NCBI GenBank assembly: GCA_030265395.1
Contig: JARFYF010000012.1
Span: forward strand, 15,061,375 to 15,125,374
Direction of reading: 5' to 3'
Source of the DNA: Rhina ancylostomus
Taxonomy: Eukaryota
DNA: 64,000 bases
The notes below the pieces were generated by a model that was not told where the DNA came from, did not search any database, and was given only the letters and a program-made list of their open reading frames with translations. How positions within the stretch are numbered: position 1 is the stretch's first letter; each line of letters starts with the position of its first letter. Both the position numbers and the translations under genes were made by a program. Shown one piece after another: positions 39,352 through 52,546 of this stretch.

Positions 39352-39672
39352 GCATTGGGCAGGAGGTACGAAAGCCTGAAGTCCCACACCACCAAGTTCA
39401 AGAACAACTATTTCCTTTCAACCATTCTGTTCTTGAACCAACTGCAAAACCCAGTTTAGCAACACTATTGACGAGTTTGATCACTTTGCACTAAAATGGA
39501 CTTTGTTCTAATTGTGTTCTTTCTTGTAAATTATACACAATTTTTGTGTTTAATTTGGTTTTTCTTGTTAACGCTGCTTATATGATGCTATGTGTCTTTG
39601 ATGCTATTGTAAGTTTTTTTTATTGCACCTGCGCATACACGTACTTGTGCATATGACAATAAACTTGATTTT
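39352..39672 (+). mobile_element. Rex1/Babar-like LINE 3' fragment
   Basis: Encodes LGRRYESLKSHTTKFKNNYFLSTILFLN; reverse-complement homolog of 57880-58200. Confidence 0.85.
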
Positions 39673-39714
39673 AACCTTGTTATACCTAATGGAAGCAAAG
39701 TATTTGGGAAGAGT

Positions 39715-39870
39715 AATCAAAAGCAAACAAAAAAAAAGATGTTGGAAATTCTCAGAAACAGTTAATATTTCAGCTTGATGACCTTCTGCCATAACTGAGG
39801 AAACTTAGAAACCAAACATGTTTTAAATTGCAGAGAAGTAGCAGAGGTGGAGAGAACATTGGAAACTGAG
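39715..39870. mobile_element. Penelope-like terminal remnant
   Basis: gatgttggaaattctcag...agttaatatttcag is similar to 6900-6965 and 40240-40310. Confidence 0.45.
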
Positions 39871-40194
39871 ACTGAATGACTTTATTAAAGCTTTATATAT
39901 ACAGCATGGTAACAGGCTGTTCCACCCCAGTGAGCCCGCACTGCCCATTACACCCTGCTGGCTGAGAGAGGGTGTTGAAGGATTGTTAATAGCAGATCAT
40001 CTTTGGGGGGGGGGGAGGAGGAAAAAAAATAGATGTTCAAATTAAATAAAACACACTGGGCAAGTAAATCACTGCAGATGCCAGATATNNNNNNNNNNNN
40101 NNNNNNNNNNNNNNNNNNNNNNNNNNNNNNNNNNNNNNNNNNNNNNNNNNNNNNNNNNNNNNNNNNNNNNNNNNNNNNNNNNNNNNNNACACAC

Positions 40195-40830
40195 TGGGCA
40201 AGTAAATCACTGCAGAGGCCAGATATCTGAAGTAAAAACAGAAAATGCTGAAAATAGTCAGCAGGTCAGGTGGTGTCTCAGGAGAGGGAAACAAAGTTAA
40301 TGTTTGAGGTGGTTGGCCCATCGCTGATAATGGCCGGTTCTGAAACAAACTGGAAAGGCTGGTTATCTGAAACTCACTGTTTAGCCTTGACAAAATTTGT
40401 GTTCCAAATCAGAAGGGGAGATGCTACCCTTTTGAGCTTAAACTTGAGCTTCATTGGAAGAGTGTAAGAGACCAAAAAGAGGAGTGGTCAATGGGAGTAG
40501 GATAGAGAATTAAAGTGACAGGTAACTGAAAACTCAGGGTCACCTTTTGCAGACCGAACAGAACCCAATATGCATTTTGTTTCTGCAATGCAGAGGAGAC
40601 CTTGTCACCAGCACCATAAGCAGTAAAAGTTCTGAATGAATTGTTGCTTCGTGTGGGAGGGCTGTTTGAGTCCCTTAATGGTGAAAAGGGAAGACAGGAG
40701 ATGAAACACCTGCCCTGTTGTGGTTGCGCCAAAATCAGCAGTGAGGAGGAGTTCTGTTTCACTCGCTCTGTAGATGTTGTCTGACCCGCTGATTTACTTC
40801 CAGCACTTCCTGGTTTTATTTCAGATTTAG
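40195..40830 (-). mobile_element. Decayed Penelope-like element with a GIY-YIG endonuclease remnant and inverted termini
   Basis: Minus strand 40506-40541 encodes DPEFSVTCHFNS, followed (frameshifted) by FGLLHSSNEAQ and HLPF*FGT, typical of the PLE endonuclease C-terminus. Ends atctgaagtaaaaacagaaaatgctg and cagcacttcctggttttatttcagat are inverted. Confidence 0.7.
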
Positions 40831-40834
40831 AAGA

Positions 40835-41157
40835 AGATTATTTTCTTTAATTATTTCGGTGAAAATTGCCGGCAAGGTCATTTGGCCGATCGGGCCGTTT
40901 GGTTTTCTGGGCTGTTTCCCAAAGCAGTTGAGAATCAAAAACATTGGTGGGTCTGGAATGACCTGCGTAACGTTGTTGACCAGCGAAGGGCACCAGATTC
41001 CCTTTTCTGAAGGACATTAACGATGATATGAAGTTGCCATGAGTCGGACTGTTGTTTTATTTATTTAGTTCAATCTGAATTCCCCAGCCGTCACCTGTTC
41101 TGCATCAATAACTCGGACCCCTGGATATTAGTGAAATAACATATCCACTATGGAGCT
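40835..41157 (-). mobile_element. Decayed MetaSINE-like SINE abutting the ABLIM1 promoter
   Basis: gcagttgagaatcaaaacattggtgggtctgga and cagattcccttttctgaaggacatta are reverse-complement homologs of 30130-30225. Confidence 0.55.
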
Positions 41158-42330
41158 AATATTGTAATAATAGGGTATGGGGGGCGGGAGAGAAGGATTG
41201 GAAAGCAGACGGACTTTGTACGTTAATGCCACGCCGCACCTTGCACAGAATTCTCAAGATTTTTTGCCGACCTTGAATCAAAAATGAGGAGAAATTGAGA
41301 AACATTCGTGCAGAGATAACAGCTGTGTGAATGACTCCACCCTTGGCAATTTCTTCTGCTTTGCTAAGGTCAAACAGTGAGAGTAACGCCAGTGAATGGT
41401 AACCGCACCCGTGTGCGTTTCTGCAGAGAGTGTGTGGTTGTGTCATTGGAAGGGCAGGACGACAGAGACTAGTGGAATTTGTGTTCACTTCGGAGCAGCT
41501 GCCAATGGTTATTTCAGCGGGGTAGCGTCCACTGGGGGAATGCACAGCAATTCCTGAACACCAGTCGTTCTCAGACCTTTCTTTCGGTGGTCAGAGCAGC
41601 TTCGTGACTGCTGTTCAGCCGGAGGTAACTGTAAACCACGGGCACTAACACTCGAAGAGGTACTGTTGATGTGAATCTGGATTTGCGGACTGCACGGGAG
41701 ACACTGCTGATGAAATGGTCATGGTGGATGAAAAAGGTACAGGATTATTCATTCTTCTTTCACCCAGACGTTATTCCGAAGGCTATTACGTCTCTATTTA
41801 AACATGCAGTTTATTCACATTTTGCCTGTGTAAACGGCACGCAGATTTAATGCTCTGTTTCTTTCCCAGCATACATATTGCAGACTTAATACAGTCCGTC
41901 GAACAATCTCTGCACTTCATCAACGCTGGTGATGTAGGAACCCTTCCTCTTCGAAGCTTTCGCTAAAATTTTAGGCATTTCCTTTTCCTTTTACTGATTA
42001 ACAGTGGCGGCTTTTGGATAATCCAGTTCAAATGCTGTGGTGAATGTCCTTGCTGATGTATTGCGCCAGAACTCAAAGATCCGTGTGAAATGAGAAATGT
42101 TGACTATTTTGGTACAATAGTGTGATTATGCGGTGCTCAATGTGATAACCTCCCAAAAATAGCATGAAAAATACAGGGAACGAACGGAACACCCAAGAGG
42201 TGCGTTCTGCTGTGAGGTTCTGAAAACTGTGAAAGCTCATATTTACTCTCGTTAAAAGGAATAGTCGGGCAGGCTGAGTCCATTTTTACACTTGCATTGT
42301 TAGTATATGTCCGTGGAATGTTGTCGGGGT
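40855..42330 (+). promoter_or_regulatory. CpG-enriched region, putative ABLIM1 alternative promoter and 5' UTR
   Basis: CpG density is visibly far above the rest of the window. GC box GGGGCGGG at 41181-41188; CCAAT/ATTGG motifs near 41197, 41446 and 41502; surrounds the MVMVDEK exon. The TSS cannot be determined from sequence. Confidence 0.75.
41715..41736 (+). CDS. ABLIM1: ABLIM1 short alternative first coding exon, MVMVDEK + G (joins the next exon as V-AHPQDP)
   Basis: gaaATGG Kozak context; in-frame upstream stop at 41667-41669; donor AAG|gtacag at 41736/41737 is phase 1, matching the 63148 acceptor. Lies in the CpG-rich island. Resembles the recalled MV(MV)KEK-VAHPQD N-terminus of vertebrate ABLIM1 isoforms. 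Confidence 0.85.
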
Positions 42331-44479
42331 ACCTGCAGAGGCCAGCTAATACAGTGCACTGTCTGATGTCAAGGACTTCTAAAATGGGTGGAAATGTGTT
42401 TTTTGACCTTCATTTCAATTATATTAGACTCAAAGCTGTTGTGAAAATTGTTTTAATCAGATGAAAAGAATTAAGCAAATTCATTTTAAAATGCTTTTAC
42501 AGAAGCTTTTTTTTAAATGCTGTTATGTGGGATAACATCACAATCAGAAGGGCATTTGGCACATGGTTTTAGTGCTGTGTGTTTTGAGAGTGCAAATCAA
42601 ACCATTGTAGTCCCTGCCCTTTCCCCACAGCCTTACAAATATTTCCCTTCAGTTCTTTTTATTGTGGTAGATATTAGTCACTTGATGTTCTGGCCTCTTG
42701 CACACACCAGATGTCAGGAAATTCCTCAATGAGTTATTTCTCAGTTTATCAACCAAGTGTCAAAAACCATCGCCATCACACAGTCAGCAAACATAGCAGC
42801 AGCCTTTTGTAAACAAATTCATAAAGATATTTTCCTGGTAACATATTAACGAACATGATTAACTTTATGGGTATATCCTGTTGTTTGTTCCATATGGCCT
42901 GTTTACACTGGAAAAATGTCCCTTCAACTCTGGAGATAAAATATGTACACTAAATTAGAAGGATGTATTACAATATGTGACCAAAAGAAGCAAGTTTTAA
43001 GGAAATGACAGCAGTTTTATTGGGAGAATAAAGACTTCATGGAGTGAATAAAGAATATGGAGTGAAAGCTAGTCTCAGAGGTGGAGCAAAGAGATAGTAC
43101 ACTGGGGACTGTTCAGACCCACCACAAGAGATGTTAATTTACTGCAGAGCACTTGTCAGGTCCTCATCACAACCTGTTTTGGAAGTGAAGGGAGCAGAAG
43201 TTTAAGCAGGCCAGGCAAGTACTCAGTGAAAAGAAATAGTCTCTGAATGTTGTGGGGAGTTGGAGGTCAGGAATGTTCTTGAGTGTTGTGTGCAAGGTTT
43301 GGGTGGCACCTGGGGTGAGCAGACTCCGGCTAAGGTAGCAGCCAGCTGCAGTGATATCACTGGGGCACAGATCTGTGCACTTATGTTTTTCTTGATGGAT
43401 ATTTTACCTGCCAGCCTAGAAGAGCAAGTGAAAACTGGAACTGGTAGAACAGCAAGTAGGTCCCTGGGTGGCTTTTAAATGCCTTCCTGCTGGCTTCCAA
43501 TGAAAAGAAATGTCTGTGATATTGTAATGCAGTTCTGCCTTTATGGAATAATTTGGGAACAGTGATTTAACATTCTGAAAAAAATGGTAATATAAATCTC
43601 GCTTGGAATTCCACAAAGTATGTGCTGACCCATAGACTTGGTTAAAGTTTGAAGTGCAGTTAATTATCAACAGAAATAATCATGAAAGAATTTTTTAGAA
43701 ACATATAATATTGATAGCCCATTCTAACTTCTGACATCTTTGTGAATCTGGATGCTTTTTAAGAGATTCTGCACCTCACATTTATCATTGACCTGCAAAT
43801 GAAACCCAGCTCTATTACTTGTTTCCCTTGAGGAACCTTGCAGTTTCTGGCTTGGTAGGTAGGGCTGATAATAAATGGGATATTTTTCTAATGATTTCCT
43901 GTGATTGTTTTCTGTATCATAAATAAAATTTGAAGGGTGATTTAATTGATGTTCACAACTATGAANNNNNNNNNNNNNNNNNNNNNNNNNNNNNNNNNNN
44001 NNNNNNNNNNNNNNNNNNNNNNNNNNNNNGAACTTGCATAATATAACTTTTTATTGGTGCCTGGGGAGCTAAGGCATCTAATTTGCTTATTGATGAAAGT
44101 AAGGGATTACTTTTGAAGTGTTCACAATCTAGCCTTGAGGTAGACTTGCCACCTGGTCCTAAGTCCTTGCACACTGGGGGCCCATCAGTCATTGAACTTT
44201 TCATATCTCCTGATGTTCTTTCAGATCAAGGGCACACTTGCAATTCTCTTCAAGTTCCAGGATGGCTCCACCCTGCTCCCCTGAGGCTTGTGATTGTGGT
44301 GCAGCTCTCTCAGATTATTTCTGGTTGCTTTTCCTCCCATCTCTGGCAATGATGTCCCCTACTCCTACACAGTTGCCCTGGTATCCCTTAGCCCCTCCTC
44401 TTCCTCATCTACCTCAGCAACATCATTTGAAGGGATGGGGTCAGCTTCCCTGTGAATGCAGGCAGCAATAGATGGTGCT

Positions 44480-45280
44480 CTCTGACTGACTCTCTAACCC
44501 CCAATTAAATACTGGGAAGACTAAAGCCATTTAGAGTCTGTTGTACAGCATGGGAATAGGCCCTTCTGCCCAACTCATCCATGCCTATCAAAGTTAGTCC
44601 CACTTGCCTATATTCGACCCAATTTCTTTAGTTTCTGCCAGAATTTGTGTACCTTTTCATCCCTGTTTCAAGCCGTCATCTTGGTTTGAACCAGCTTGCC
44701 CAGTATTTTGGGATTCTGTTCCAACTTGTAACAAGGTACCATAAGACTGTGGCTTTTCTTCAGTCCTGAGGCTGCTTAAATTCTTGCCTTTCTCTGACTA
44801 AACTGTTCCAGTGCTCTCTCCAAGCACCCTTCCATCCTTCAGAAACTTTGACTCTATTCTGCTCTGTGTGGGACTGGCAGCAGAGTTTCACTTAATGATC
44901 TTTGGTCTTTGACCTGCATTTGCCTTCACTGGTGCAGCATATCCAGTTTAGAGTTCTTGTCCTCATCTTTGTGTACCTTCATGGCTTTGCTACTCCCTAT
45001 TCCTTCAACCTCCTCCAGCTTTCCCATCTCCCTGGAATACTATTCCTCCAGCTTAGACACAATGGTCCCCTTTGCGCTGTGAGTAGCCATGCCTCCAGCA
45101 GTTCTGTAAATTGCCTTCCTCTCCTCTTAAAGTCCAATTTCAGCAATTGAAGTGAGATCACCCCTGATCAGCAGGGGTGACTAAACCAAATTTTGGTGAC
45201 CCTGCTGATTCCTAATTGTTTCCTGGTATCCACTTGCTTGGATTGTTCTTTGTAATGTGGCTTCAGATACTTTTCTGTGT
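44480..45280 (+). mobile_element. Old L2-like LINE remnant with a CR1 tail (44533-44620, minus) inserted
   Basis: atactgggaagactaaagccatt resembles an L2 RT LNxxKT motif; gcatatccagtttagagttcttgtcctcatctttgtgtaccttcatggc resembles RIxFKILxLxFKxLHG. Confidence 0.55.
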
Positions 45281-47877
45281 TAATGGTGATGGTTCAGTTT
45301 GCTACAGTGCTGATTTCCTTTCCCCCTATGTATTTCTTCGGACTGGTCTTTACAGAACAAAAGCTGGCCTTCGATTAAAAATTGAACAGTCATAACTGGT
45401 TTATGCCACTGGATACATGGCCTTCCTGGAAATGGATAAATAATTAAGCAGGATTGACTTTTGTAACTTATTGAGAAAAATGTGCTACTTTGTGCATTGT
45501 ATACTTGCTGCATACATAGGTTCCCGCAAACACAGGGCAGCAGGGTAGTTTGAGGATAACAGTTTAATGGATTCATAACTGCACATCATGATGTCTTCTG
45601 CCTGCAAGCAGTAGAAGTGGGATAGTTTCTGGAAATTGTCTTCAGAAGTGTTGGAATGACTGAGAGACCCTGCATTTTATTGAGATTTGATAACCAGGTG
45701 TTCAGGTCAGGTCTGTAGTAATTGTAATATATTCTTGGAATTATAATACTCTGGAGCTAGAAATCCTCCTGTACATAAATGTCCATTCAAATGGTGCTGC
45801 ATGGAGGACTTGTACTTGTTCTGAAAAAACACTCAGTGGAAACCAGTTTTCTAATGCACACAGCAACCATGCATGTTGGAAATGCGAATCCTGGGCTGCC
45901 TTTCTGTAACTGTGCATAAACTGCAAAAGTATATGGTGCAAGATTTATTTTATGTTCTTGTGCCTTAGCTCTCAGTAGCGGATGAGTGAATGGATGGGCA
46001 GCTGGTGCCCCCAACAATTGAATCATGCTGATAGGTGAGCACCGGCAACTGTGGTGGTTGGAGCAGCCTACTAACGGGGAACAAAGTACTTTATCTTGAG
46101 AAGGTCGAGATTGGGACTATCAGTGAGATGAGGTCACAGCTTCTGTGCCGGACTTTCTGGTGATAGACCAGGTCAGAGTGAGCAGATTACCTGGTGATGG
46201 CATATGCATCCATGCTTCTACAGTCGAGGAATGTGCCAGTCACAAATGTGACATGGATTAATGTTGCAACTGCATTCACAGCAGCCTCTTTGCATTAAGC
46301 AGATTGCATTATGCGCTATGCTGATTGCATATAGCACAGAAAATGTTATTGTGCAGTGCACAAGAATATTGCACATTGCAGTTGATTAAGTCGTATATTT
46401 GCAATGGTGAACATGGAATTCATGAGATTTACAGAGCAGTCTCTCTTTATAGAAGAAAATAAATCAGTGCATACAGCCCACAACCGTGTAACAAAGACAA
46501 CTTAAATTCCAACTCACTTTGCAAAAATAAATCTTGAGAGTGTTGATAATATTTTGGTCAGTGAAAGTAATTGTTGTGTCCTTGCAGTTTAACCAAGTCA
46601 TGAAGTAAGTGGGAATGCCTAATTCCTATAAATATGCATTGTTAATCTCAGTTTATTTTCTACAGGGCATACCATTTTTCTCTAATCATCACAGATCAAC
46701 CTTGGAGGTAAGGTGCTAAATGTACCTCACTGCACTAACTCAGTAATTAAAGTGACTTGCAGAGGCGAGGAGCAACAATATTTTGGGGACAGTAAGACGA
46801 CCAACTTCAAGTGGCACACCATCCTGGAGTTCCTACCACACCATTGAGAAAATACCCAAGGGTGGTTGAAACAGCTACCGAGACCAGGCAAAGGGGCACA
46901 ATTGATTGAAGTGCTCAAGCATTAGAGTGTCAGTTTGCTTGATAATCGCATTCAACAAAATGGTGAATGTTCAATCAGCCGACCTCACCTTAGGGTTAAG
47001 TCTTATAGATTGTACACAGGCTTTGGGCTGGTGAAGGAAGTCAAACTACTTGTTCCAGATTACCCAGTACCTGCCTTGCTCATGTAGCCACAGAGTTGAT
47101 GTGCCTTGTCCAGTTCCACTTCTCGTCAGCGACAATGGGAGCATGCGGGGCATGGAAATTATGCCGCTGAAGATCAAATAGTAAATGACTAAGCTATCTC
47201 CTGTTTCAGATGGTCTCTGTGGGCTGGTGTGGTAAAAATGTAATCTGCCTGAACCCCAATCTTCTTGTAACTGAGATTCCATTATGAGTTGGTGTGGACT
47301 GCTTATAGCATTGGACATCTAAGTGGATCCAACTGCTGTTAAGCAGTTCCTTCATAACTTTACTCTGTTTAAATGGAGAAGATCATTGAAACAGATGAGG
47401 ATATTTCTCTGCAATGGGTGTTGCAGATCTAAAACCAACCGATCTGATACCTTATTGACCACTTCCTCATTTTCACAGTATCTTGTTTGTGCCATCCTTC
47501 CTTAAAATGAGTTTTATATATGTAATAAAAATAACTGACAAAAATAAACCATCCATTTCTATCTGTACTGACACACGCCTTCAAAATAACAAAACTTGCA
47601 TAGTACCTTAATGAACCTAGGTATCTCGCTACTACAGTTTAAATGAATACTTCAGTTCTTCTTTTGATTTATGCAAGTCTTTTTTATTAAAAAAAAGATT
47701 GTTGCCTGTGACAAGTGGGATGGGCAAAAGTAAATTTCCTTGCACCATTTTTTGGCTATTTCTTGCTGATTATTTCAAATTTAGTCTATGGTGTTTCGTT
47801 AATATAAAAGGCCACTCACCCCAGCAAATCTGAGCTGACTCTTTTAGCAATCCCATTCCTCCTCCCTTTAACCTGTT

Positions 47878-48148
47878 AGTCATACAGCACAGAAACAGGC
47901 CCTTCAGTCCTACTTGTCCATGCCGACCAAGATGCCAATCCAAGTCAGTCCCATTTGCCAGTGCATTCTTGTGTGCCCATTAACGTCCTCCTGAATCTTC
48001 CACCAACCACTACACTTGGGACAATTTACAGTCGCCAGTTAACCTAACAGCATGAATTTGGGACGTGGAAGGGAGAACTCATGTATTGACAAGGAAAATG
48101 TACAAAATCCACATGGATTCAGAATCAATGCTGGAACTGTGCTGCCCA
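47878..48148 (-). mobile_element. HE1-like V-SINE with a CR1-type tail
   Basis: On minus: gtggattttgtacattttccttgtc...cacgtcccaaa...ttaggttaactggcgactgtaaattgtccc V-domain, followed by tail ggactgaagggcctgtttctgtgctgtatgact. Confidence 0.65.
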
Positions 48149-50102
48149 AATAAAAGGCTATCTTTTAAATTCCTTATTAAATTTTTAATGTTTGGGTCGT
48201 TGTTGTGGATGTTAATCCTAGTGATCTGGAATGTTGATAGAGTGCTTAAGTGGGAGAGGAGAAAGTCAAAAGTGGGTGTTTTAAATGAAAGTCAAGTAAA
48301 CTTTGATTTGATGAGGCACATTGTTACAATAATCTGGCCTGAAATGTTACGTGAAACCATCTAAATAAGTATTTGGTACAATGCAAAAATGGTATGCACC
48401 CCAAAAAAGCATGAGCCTCATTGGTGTAATTAATCAATCATGGTCAGCAAGTGAAACCAGAGGCTCCAGTATGTTGAAGGAAATGGCCTGCAAAATGCAA
48501 GGAAGAGCCAAGTGAACTTGGATTTTAAAGCAACAGATGGTTAATAAGTTTGGAAAGCTGAAAGAAGTGGATGTGAAATTTGCAGGGAATACCAAAGGAG
48601 TAGCAATAATTTGTTTTGAAAAGACACTGAGTGGTGAAACAAGTTGGACATATTAGTGCAGGAATAATGTAATCAATGCTTTGCGTACCTCTTCACTTCA
48701 TAGAAGATAAAATAGCAGCAGTAAAGAGAATCTAGAATTTTGCAGGGCAAGAACTTCTGTTGCATGTTGAATTCAAGATGAGCGGTGAAATCAGCTTGGT
48801 TGTGGGGAGCAGTCAGTGAAAGTTATGTTGGTAAAACAACTTAAAGCCCAGAGTGTTCACTATTTTGTAAAGGCAATTTGTACAAATGTAACAAATGATT
48901 CCCACCACACTTGTGTTCGTGAACTGTAATTTAAAAAAATCTTAATGTTAAGCTTGATGTAATAAAGTCAACAGTCCATTTTTTTTTACATTTTACTTGT
49001 GAAGCTTTCCAGGTAATTGATTTGAATCTAAATTGTGGCTTAGTTTACTTTTTTAAAAAAAAATGGGTTTGACTATATCCTCGTCAAACTATTTCAGTTT
49101 TGATTTTATAAACTATCATAAGGTGTTCATCAGTCCTAAACACGCTTTTAAAATTTGCTTTGGTTCTTTGTATTTGCCCTTCCTAGTAACATTTGGGAGT
49201 AATGAAGCATTGAAAAGAAATGTCATTAACACTGGTGTGTGGAAGTAGATTCCTCTCAATCTGGAACATTAATAGAAAGTAAGGGGTTGTTACCAACAGA
49301 TTGGAGGATGGTTTCCTCCATAATAAAGCAGGACACCAGTTGCAATACATAACAAGTGCACTTTGGTACTTCTAACACTCCACTGAAGTTCTTGTAGTCT
49401 TGTACGAGTTCATCTAGGGGAATTATAGTGATTTTAATTAGAGCAGATCTGTTAATCCTGAGTTTGCTTATTGCTTACCTTTTGGAGTACAGAATTCCTT
49501 TTAGTATAGCCCTGGGCACAGGCTTCCAGCTCATCAGTGCAGCACCTCTCCCAGTACATTGGCTGTTCGTGATGACAGAAAGGCTTTGACAGTCAATGGG
49601 GACCCGATTCCAGGCTTGCCAGCTGTCAGAACTGTTTCTGTAATTAATTGACTAAAGTCTTTTATGTCCAAAAACATTCAGAATCACTTGAGGCCTCTTT
49701 AAAACGAGCTTTACTCAAAAATATTAATGTTTTTAAACTTGAACAGAGTTTAGTTTTAAAGCAATTAAAACTTGAATTGCTTGTAAAGGTTAATTTGTCT
49801 TTATCGCAAGAGTAGATTTTGATCCCTTTTAATGGGACTGCTGTACCTGTGTCAGGTACACCCAGGTGCCGGAAAATCTGTGGACATTGCTGCTGCCCTG
49901 TTGGATCTATGAGGAGTTCATCAACATTATGTAGGTGGCCCATGGCAAGTGCCTGTAGGGCACAGGGCTGCATTTTTCCTCACACTTGTACCTAATTTAA
50001 GCCTTATTTGCTGATCCAGTAATATTCTGGTAGAAGATCTACTCTGTTCGACTTCCCAGGAGATGGTAGAGGTGTGGAATGAACTAAATTACATTGTAGC
50101 AT

Positions 50103-50243
50103 CATAGAGTCATACAGCATGGAAACAGGCTCTTCAGCCCAATTGTTCCATGCTGACCAAGATTCCCATCTCAGCTAGTATCATTTGCCCACGTTCGGCC
50201 CATATACCTCTAAACCATTCCTATCCATGTACCTGTCCAAGTT
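50103..50243 (-). mobile_element. CR1-like 3' tail
   Basis: agagtcatacagcatggaaacaggctcttcagcccaa..., homologous to 8545-8655. Confidence 0.85.
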
Positions 50244-50816
50244 CCTTATTGGAACTGCAAACCGGGTATGTGTATTGGAACTGCGAACCAGCTAAAGCTG
50301 CATCATGCAAACTGGGAAGACTTTGTGAAATGGAGAAGTGAATATTTGCCCAATATAACTGTGCTGTTCCCTGTTAAGTCTGGGTATGTGGCTCTCAACC
50401 ATTTTGAATATACAGTATTTATCAGACGCCATTTCTTGCCTGCACTAATCAGATGTTTATTGAAGTTGCATTACTGTGTTGCTAAACTGGTAAATTCAGT
50501 TGGGTGGAAATAAACGTATGATTTATCTTAAATGCCTGTCATAAGTAAATCAATGGGCTAGTTTGGTATGAAATAAATGCACATTTTTAATGCCAGTGCA
50601 AGTTGCTTAATATTGTTGTTACTAAATGTAATTATTTTTCAGGCATTATATTGTCTGCTGATGACATAAATTTTGAAATAGGTCAAAATCAACATGCAAG
50701 TTAGATTGCTGTGAGATTAGTAGTGAAGATTAAAGCAGGTTATTTGACTGTGCTCCTGTATTTAATTCACTGTGGAGACTCAAAATAAATAATTGAAGGA
50801 AATGCATTGTGATGTA

Positions 50817-51102
50817 TACAGCTGTCCCCAGGTTATGAACATTTGACTTAGACGCATCTACTTATTCCCAAAATATTAAATTCAAAAGTTTGATGCAAGT
50901 ACATACATTCATTCCTACAGATAGCAGAACAAGTTTCCTCTCCACTTTTAGTAATTCTTTCTTATCAAAAGCATGCAAGTCTGATGCCATTTGTTACAAT
51001 ACAGTGGAAGTATGGTCACGACATCAAGTGATTTTGGTGTATTTTCCAAATTATGGACAGCTGCAGAAATGGAAACCGTTCATTACCCATGGATGGTCTG
51101 TA
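50817..51102. mobile_element. Tigger/pogo-like MITE
   Basis: ta-cagctgtccccaggttatgaac ... gttcattacccatggatggtctg-ta: imperfect TIRs with TA flanks. Confidence 0.65.
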
Positions 51103-52546
51103 GTTTGGCTTAAATTGGACAATTTTGAGGAAAGTAACTCTGTCTATTTTGAATCAGTTTCTTTAGTGCTTGTAATTATGAACTACACGTTTCAAGAATT
51201 TTAAACACAGAATGCTATAAATAGTCAACATTTGCATTGCTGAAACTTGCAGACAGTAACTTGCCTCTCATGCTTGCTAGTGAAGCTCCCCTGGTATTGA
51301 CTGGCTGGTAACTGAAGTTGGGATACCAAGTGGTGGCACCCCACATGTAACTTGGATGGGCCAGAAATGAGCCTCAACCACAGGACCATTGAAAGAAGAC
51401 AGCTAGCTAAGACCTCCTCCCCACAGCTTTGCTGTCAAGGATTTGATAGGCTTCTGAATGTCCCCATTGCCATTGAACCCAAATATTAAAATAATTTAAA
51501 TCCTCTGCCAAGGAATCACTTGACACACTTCATAATGTTTGCTCTAGAACAAGGAATGACTTGTCAGAAAACTGAAGAAGCAAAATCCATTGTGAGTTTT
51601 AAGAGGGTCATCAATAAATCTTCAAATAAGAAAGGGAATGCAAATGAGTGAGGGAGCTCCTCCTGAAGTATGAGCACAGGTTTTGTGGGCCTCGGCTCCC
51701 AATTTGCTGCAGAGTAGGTAAAATTTTCCATTGAATCAGTGGAAGCACGAACTTGGAAATATTTAGAATTCCACGGTTGAAGTATTCAACAACCATTGAT
51801 TAATGTTTGAAGGAATATAATCAGTGGTCTTGTATTATTGTAACCTACACATTGTGCACTAGGCTGGGAGCAGGAATATGTTCTAAATCCTGTTTCTGCC
51901 TACAGGCTGTGTAATGGTTTTGTGTGAACAGGCCAGAGTCAGGATTAAGAAGCAAGTGTATCCAGTTTATTTATGCTCAAACTAGAGAAAGTTGCTCATT
52001 GCTCAAAATTGGTAAGCACATGGAGTTTCTTAATGACTGAGAGCAATTAATCAGGGAGGAAAATCGGACAGCTTTGTCAGATGGGGATGGATTACTACTT
52101 GCTACCTACTACTAACTTCCATTTCTGTTATTTCTTAAACATTGGGAATATTACTTCTCAAAGGCTCACATTGAAGTAGCCCTAAATTTGATTGCTGTTG
52201 GAATACAAGTCACTTTGCAATGGGAAAGAGCAATAGTTTTTTCTCCCCATAAGTGAATGACCAGGAATAAATGCACTACAGCAGGATAATTTCCTGAGGA
52301 GCAATCTAATCAGCAGTCATGGGCAATAGTTGCACCATTTGAAATCCACCAATAATAATGATGTTAAGATTCTTATTAAGCAGTTAACCAGCCCATTGTC
52401 ACCTCCATCACTACCCCACGTCCCACTAATGTGTCATGCAGTGTTCAATTTTTTGTCACAGAAAAATGAAAACAAAATAGATAAATTTAATCTTAAGCAA
52501 CAAACAATCTGCTGGAGGAACTCAGTGAGCTGAGTAGCATCTGTCA

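Noticed and set aside
40049-40228. About 38-bp direct repeat acacactgggcaagtaaatcactgcaga
   Set aside because: Again straddles a 100-N gap; probably allelic or overlapping contig ends.
41156-41545. 129-aa minus-strand ORF in the promoter region
   Set aside because: No recognisable domain; longer chance ORFs are expected in GC/CpG-richer DNA.
46025-46040. ATG CTG ATA G|gtgagc, a phase-1 micro-exon
   Set aside because: Only 3 codons and no independent support.
46262-46405. Dense TGCA/TTGCA cluster (similar one at 18545-18620)
   Set aside because: TG/CA excess is expected from CpG decay; no clear periodicity or long stem.
50290-50341. Peptide SCKLGRLCEMEK loosely like the recalled mammalian ABLIM1 KCLGKLCSSEK
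   Set aside because: It is followed immediately by a stop, the ORF starts in a CR1 tail, and there is no suitable donor.
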